This document shows positions 23,473-28,098 of a stretch of DNA of 28,098 nt, in pieces (the stretch's first letter is position 1; each line of letters starts with the position of its first letter). Origin of the DNA: an uncultured Planctomycetaceae bacterium (lineage in GTDB: Bacteria; Planctomycetota; Phycisphaerae; SM23-33); the NCBI GenBank assembly GCA_964646065.1, contig CAZYDC010000001.1, forward strand, positions 1 through 28,098. Direction: 5' to 3'. The position numbers and the translations under genes were made by a program. The notes under the pieces were generated by a model that saw only the letters and a list, made by a program, of their open reading frames with translations, was not told where the DNA came from and searched no databases.

Positions 23473-25971
23473 TTAGGCATCAGTGCCATGTTCCTTTTTG
23501 CGGCCTACCAGCGGGAGCAGCAGGGCGATCACCGTAAAAGGCAACAAGGACAGGAGGTCTGCGTAGGGCCCTGCGAATAGCGGGTTGTTGTCGCTCGCCC
23601 AGGACTCAATGGTCCGGTTGACGTCACCCAGCACGCCGGCCATGACGGCGATGACGATGCCCGCAATGGCCCCGCCGGCGATATAGCCGGATGCCAACAG
23701 CACTCCCGGGCCTTGATCGCCATGGACTGTCGGCAAACCCTTCTCGTTCTTACGATGGAAGAAGTCCCCATCGACAAGGCGACGAATCAGCCCTCCCACG
23801 AAGATCGGTGAGGAAGCCGACAGGGGCAGGTATACGCCGACCGCGAAGGCCAGGGAAGGAATGCCGGCCAATTCCAATACCACCGCGATCATAACGCCCA
23901 GCAGCACAAGCCCCCAAGGCAACTGATGATTCAGGATGCCCTTGATAATGTAGGATACCAGGGTTGCCTTCGGGGAATCGTACTTCGTGACGGTCGAGCC
24001 GTCCGGCCGGGTGTCATGGACGCCATTGATACCAGGATCAACCAGGTAGACTGGCACGTCTTGTTCGTTTACCAGATATTTTCCGGCTGAACCGCCTTCG
24101 TTGTCGGTCTTTTGCCAGGTGCGGTAAGAACCGCTGTCCGATGACGCCTGCGGCCCCTGGAGTTGCTCGGCCGCGCCAAGCTCCGAAGAAGGCGCTCTCA
24201 GGTCCGGCAAGAAATTCCGTTCGAGCCGATAAGCAATGCGGCCGGAGTCGTCAACCAGGTACTGGCCTTTCTCCAGACCGCTGAGCGAGGGGCGCGTGGC
24301 GGGGGTCGAAAGGTCCAGCAAGTGGTAGGGGGTCTGGTCGGCCGGATTGAAGCCGCTTTTCCATGGTGGCAGCCGCCGCACATCCTGTGTATCCAGAGCA
24401 GGAGCGGCCTTGGCCGGCGCGAAGGTGACGGCGGGCACGTAGACGGTCGAGGTTCTGTTGAGTTGCAACAAGACCGGCCCCATCACCAAGGCCGACGCCA
24501 AGGCGCCGACAAGAATCGCGATCTGCTGGTACCGAGGGGTGGCGCCCAGCAGGTAACCGGTTTTCAGGTCCTGCGAGGTCGCGCCGCCGTTGGAGGCGGC
24601 GATACAAACGATGGCTCCCACAGACAGCGCGGTGACGTAGTAGATCGGCCCGGTCCACCCGACCAGCAGGAAGATCAGGCATGTCAGCAACAGTGTTGCG
24701 ACGGTCATGCCGGAGATGGGGTTGGAGGATGACCCGATCTCACCGGTCAGGCGGGAGGATACCGTCACAAACAGGAAGCCAAACGCGATGATCAGGACCG
24801 CCCCCAGCACATTCATGTGCAATGTCCGAAACAGGACAATCGCGGCCGTCAGCAGCACGATGCCGCCGATGACAAATCGCATCGAAAGATCGCGGTCTGT
24901 TCGCAGGGCACCGGCGCCGCCGCGCTTGGCTTGGAGGTCCTGCAATCCACGCCTGAGGCTGCTCCAGATGATCGGCAGGGAGCGGAACAGACTGATGATT
25001 CCACCGGCGGCAACCGCTCCAGCGCCGATGTAGAGGACATACGCGCCACGAACCTGGTTCGGGGGCATCTGGTCAATCGGGATCGTTCCCGGCGCCAGGG
25101 CTTGAGGCAGGCCCGCCCCGAAGAATTTGATCGCGGGGATGAGCACCAGATAGGCCAGCACCCCGCCGGCACACATGATGGAGGCGATCCTGGGACCGAT
25201 GATATAGCCCCCGCCCAGCAGTGCCGGCGAGACCTCCATGCCTATCGATCCGCCCGTCAGTGGGGGGCCAAAGAGTTTCTGTGGGATGCTCTTCCAGCCC
25301 TTGAGCACCTCCATCAAGACCACGTAGGCAGCGCCGATCCCAAACCCCATGAAGACCGTCCTGCCTCCGGAGTCTGTCGAATCTGCGACGGAGGGGGCTG
25401 CGTGATGGGTAGTGGCGGCCACCTTGGACTCCTCCGAAGCGCCGGCCTTGAGAACTTCCGCGCAGGCGGTTCCTTCGGGATACTTCAGCACCCTGTGCTG
25501 GCGGACGATCAGGGCCCGACGAAGCGGGATCATCATCAAGATACCAAGGCATGCCCCCAGCACAGCCACCAGAAGGACCCGCGTGACCTCCAGGTCAAAA
25601 CCCAGGATCAGGATGGCGGGCATCGTGATCCCCACGCCAAAGGCGATCGACTCGCCGGCAGAACCGGCCGTCTGCACAATGTTGTGCTCCAGGATCGTCG
25701 CGTTTCGCAGACCGGCCTTGGAAAGGAGTCGAAAGAGCGTGATGGAGATCACCGCCACCGGAATGGACGCGCTGACCGTCATGCCCACCTTCAGGACCAG
25801 GTAAAGCGAAGAGGTTCCGAAGATCACGCCCAGCAGGGTTCCCACGATCAGCGGCAGGGGGGTGAACTCCCTGAGCCTGGCCTCGGGGGCGATATACGGC
25901 TGAAACCCTTGTTGGTCCGGCGGCTGCCATGGTTGTTCGCGGGCCGTGTCGGGTGGGTCTTTGATGGCCAT
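23473..25971 (-). CDS. OPT-family (OPT/YSL) oligopeptide / metal-chelate transporter with a large soluble insertion
   Basis: SD GGAGAG, ATG 25971; YLVLKVGMTVSASIP, NIVQTAGSAGES, KYPEGTACAEVL, SSNPISGMT, SQDLKTGYLLGATP, LLASGYIAGG motifs. Confidence 0.93.
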   Translation of the reverse strand: MAIKDPPDTAREQPWQPPDQQGFQPYIAPEARLREFTPLPLIVGTLLGVIFGTSSLYLVLKVGMTVSASIPVAVISITLFRLLSKAGLRNATILEHNIVQTAGSAGESIAFGVGITMPAILILGFDLEVTRVLLVAVLGACLGILMMIPLRRALIVRQHRVLKYPEGTACAEVLKAGASEESKVAATTHHAAPSVADSTDSGGRTVFMGFGIGAAYVVLMEVLKGWKSIPQKLFGPPLTGGSIGMEVSPALLGGGYIIGPRIASIMCAGGVLAYLVLIPAIKFFGAGLPQALAPGTIPIDQMPPNQVRGAYVLYIGAGAVAAGGIISLFRSLPIIWSSLRRGLQDLQAKRGGAGALRTDRDLSMRFVIGGIVLLTAAIVLFRTLHMNVLGAVLIIAFGFLFVTVSSRLTGEIGSSSNPISGMTVATLLLTCLIFLLVGWTGPIYYVTALSVGAIVCIAASNGGATSQDLKTGYLLGATPRYQQIAILVGALASALVMGPVLLQLNRTSTVYVPAVTFAPAKAAPALDTQDVRRLPPWKSGFNPADQTPYHLLDLSTPATRPSLSGLEKGQYLVDDSGRIAYRLERNFLPDLRAPSSELGAAEQLQGPQASSDSGSYRTWQKTDNEGGSAGKYLVNEQDVPVYLVDPGINGVHDTRPDGSTVTKYDSPKATLVSYIIKGILNHQLPWGLVLLGVMIAVVLELAGIPSLAFAVGVYLPLSASSPIFVGGLIRRLVDGDFFHRKNEKGLPTVHGDQGPGVLLASGYIAGGAIAGIVIAVMAGVLGDVNRTIESWASDNNPLFAGPYADLLSLLPFTVIALLLPLVGRKKEHGTDA

Positions 25972-26058
25972 GACCGTTTGAGCTCTCCAACAAAGAGTAC
26001 CTTTGTCCACACCAGATTACCTGATCCAAGGCTGGGACACTATGACGAAGCGGACAGC

Positions 26059-26186
26059 ATACCCCTGGAGAACGGTGGATATTTCCTCTGATCACCCCTC
26101 TGGACAAGGGCAATATGACCATCTGTTTCAGGTCGTGTGGCCTGATAAGGGGTCAGGTCGGGCAAGGACTCGTTCCCTATGACCCT
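26059..26186 (+). ncRNA. Unassigned promoter plus structured 5' leader element, copy 2 (upstream of GH16)
   Basis: CTGATC-17-CAATAT, hairpin TCAGG/CCTGA (26128-26145), stem GGGTCA/TGACCC (26150-26185) around the same invariant 23-mer (26154-26176). Confidence 0.6.
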
Positions 26187-26285
26187 GTCCAATGGGCGCC
26201 GGGCAATCCTCGGCCGATTCTGATCCGCGACATTCGGAAGCCTTTCGTAACAGTGGAGGACATCCGGGCGTGCCTGCGAGGACTT

Positions 26286-26310
26286 GGCTGCTGCTGACAG
26301 CAGCCCATTT
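26286..26310 (+). terminator. Possible attenuator/terminator hairpin in the GH16 leader
   Basis: Perfect 8-bp stem GGCTGCTG/CAGCAGCC, loop CTGA, but only a short CATTT tail. Confidence 0.35.
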
Positions 26311-26344
26311 ACAAGGTAGACTCATGTCTTCACAGGAGATCGTC

Positions 26345-27325
26345 ATGAATGTATCGAGAATAGCTGCGACAACATTGCCCCTGGGGGCGATCATCGCCGT
26401 CTGTTTCATCTCTTACCAGCCATCCTATGCGCAGGAAAAACCTTTGGATCATCCCATCGCTGCATCGCGGCCGGCTGAGTTGGCCCCGGTCAGCAATAGT
26501 CGTCCCGCCGCGGAACGTAAAGGCTGGCAGTTGGTCTGGTCGGACGAGTTCGACAACGAAGGCCTGCCCGACCCGAAGAAGTGGACCTACGAGGTTGGTT
26601 TCGTCCGCAATCAGGAGAAGCAGTACTACACGCAGGCTCGCAAGGAGAACGCCCGAGTGGAGCATGGCGTGCTGATCATCGAAGGCCGCAAGGAGCATTT
26701 CCCCAACGCCCAACATGATCCCAAGGCCAAGGACAACTGGCAGAAAGATCGCCCGAACGCGGATTACACGTCGTCGAGCATTACCACCGAAGGCAAGGCC
26801 TCGTGGACGTACGGCCGGATCGAGGTTCGGGCCAAGCTGCCGCAAGGCAAGGGTGTCTGGCCGGCGATCTGGACGCTGGGCACCAGCCGTTCGAAGATCG
26901 GCTGGCCACGGTGCGGGGAGATTGACATCATGGAGTTCGTCGGTCACACGCCGGACAAAGTGCATGGCACCGTACACTATGGACCGGACGGCAAGCACCT
27001 CAGCCAGGGCGACAAACTCACGATGGACAGGCCTTGGGAGGACTTCCACGTGTACGCCGTCGAGTGGGAGGCGGACCGGATCGAGTTCTACTTCGACGAC
27101 ACGAAGTACTTCACGTTCAAGACGGCGGCCGCCGATTCCGCCGGTTCCAACGCCTTCCGCCAGCCGCATTACCTGCTGCTGAACATGGCCTTGGGCGGCA
27201 GTTGGGGCGGCCATATCGACGACAGCATCCTTCCGCAGCGATTCGTGATCGATTACGTCCGGGTCTACCAGCGGCCTGGGAGCACTACGAAATCACAGCC
27301 TGTATTGGATTCGGGTCATCGTTAG
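26345..27325 (+). CDS. Secreted GH16 laminarinase/beta-glucanase-like protein
   Basis: SD AGGAG before ATG 26345, signal peptide (..PSYA/QEK), WSDEF, YGRIEVRAKLP, WPAIW and catalytic EIDIME (26918-26935). Confidence 0.93.
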   Translation: MNVSRIAATTLPLGAIIAVCFISYQPSYAQEKPLDHPIAASRPAELAPVSNSRPAAERKGWQLVWSDEFDNEGLPDPKKWTYEVGFVRNQEKQYYTQARKENARVEHGVLIIEGRKEHFPNAQHDPKAKDNWQKDRPNADYTSSSITTEGKASWTYGRIEVRAKLPQGKGVWPAIWTLGTSRSKIGWPRCGEIDIMEFVGHTPDKVHGTVHYGPDGKHLSQGDKLTMDRPWEDFHVYAVEWEADRIEFYFDDTKYFTFKTAAADSAGSNAFRQPHYLLLNMALGGSWGGHIDDSILPQRFVIDYVRVYQRPGSTTKSQPVLDSGHR

Positions 27326-27364
27326 TTTTCGAACGGTGTCCTGTGCGGGCGATTGTGGAGCACA

Positions 27365-28098
27365 ATGATGGCACGATTTTTGAAAGCAGCGGTCTGCATC
27401 GTGTTGGTTACGCTGGCCTTGGCGGCGATAGCGACCGCGACGTCCGGGCCTTCCAGGCCGTACGCCCAGTGGAAGCACGGCCCGCCTGCCGAGGATGCGT
27501 TCTTCCCGATTGCGGCATGGCTTCAGAACCCCAGGAATACCTCGAAGTTCAAGGAGGTAGGCATCAACACCTACGTGGGGCTATGGGAAGGACCCACCGA
27601 GGGACAATTGGCCGAACTCAAGAAGCAAGGCATGAAAGTTATTTGCGACTTCAACGAGGTCGGCCAAAAGCATCTGGACGATCCGACCATCATCGGTTGG
27701 ATGCACGGCGATGAGCCCGACAATGCCCAGGACATACAACGCTGGAAGAGCGCCGAGGAGATCAGGAAGGCCTGGCCGGAGGCACCGGATCGGACGCTCG
27801 GTCAGTGGGGCCGGTACGGCCCGCCGTTGCCGCCCAAGGATATCGTGGCGGACTACGAGCGGATTCGCAAGGCCGACCCCTCTCGGCCGGTGCTGCTGAA
27901 CCTCGGCCAGGGGGTCGCCTTCGACAAATACGTCGGCCGGGGCTATCGCAGCAGCCACCTTGAGGACTATCCCGAATACATTAAGGGTTGCGACATCGTC
28001 TCGTTCGATATCTACCCGGTCGTTCACGACTCGCCGCAGGTTGCCGGCAAGTTGTGGTACGTGCCTCAGGGCGTTGGGCGGCTGACGAAATGGTCAGG
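27365..28098 (+). CDS. Secreted clan GH-A-like hypothetical protein; C-terminus runs off the window
   Basis: Translated by hand, open to the end of the window: MMARFLKAAVCIVLVTLALAAIATA signal peptide, FFPIAAWLQNP, GINTYVGLW, IIGWMHGDEPDNAQ, CDIVSFDIYPV; SD GGAG. Confidence 0.75.
   Translation, partial: MMARFLKAAVCIVLVTLALAAIATATSGPSRPYAQWKHGPPAEDAFFPIAAWLQNPRNTSKFKEVGINTYVGLWEGPTEGQLAELKKQGMKVICDFNEVGQKHLDDPTIIGWMHGDEPDNAQDIQRWKSAEEIRKAWPEAPDRTLGQWGRYGPPLPPKDIVADYERIRKADPSRPVLLNLGQGVAFDKYVGRGYRSSHLEDYPEYIKGCDIVSFDIYPVVHDSPQVAGKLWYVPQGVGRLTKWS

Noticed and set aside
26200-26297. VTVEDIRACL resembling the DUF433 C-terminus
   Set aside because: Match is about nine residues and the rest of the domain is absent; not supportable without a search.
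1-28098. CRISPR array, rRNA, complete tRNA or intact transposase/integrase
   Set aside because: No regularly spaced repeat-spacer array or full-length structural RNA seen; mobile-element genes are present only as fragments.

Overview
GC-rich bacterial DNA, probably from Planctomycetota (inferred from the HU type, the integrase N-terminus and a PSD1/DUF1553-type domain). From left to right: a CBS-GGDEF-HD-GYP c-di-GMP enzyme (partial), a Spy/CpxP-like gene split at a G8 tract, a secreted alpha/beta-hydrolase with 51-aa repeats, a URO-D-like enzyme and an HU gene. Next comes a run of glycoside-hydrolase-like genes (GHL6/GH29-like, GH42-like, LamG-GH39-CBM9-like, a beta-helix protein, a six-hairpin barrel, GH16 and a clan GH-A-like partial gene) with an OPT-family transporter among them. 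Decayed fragments are interspersed: a PLD nuclease, an IS481 end, a receiver domain, an integrase N-terminus beside a tRNA-Val 3' fragment, and a headless GH-like fragment. The most unusual signals are two non-coding families I cannot assign. (1) A ~127-bp promoter-plus-structured-leader element occurs twice (6134-6260, 26059-26186) with an invariant 23-nt core and a compensatory base change. (2) A 36-bp motif occurs three times (2763, 12773, 18359 on the minus strand), each upstream of a secreted enzyme gene and each exactly 15 nt after a -10-like hexamer. All family assignments are by motif recognition; no database searches were run.
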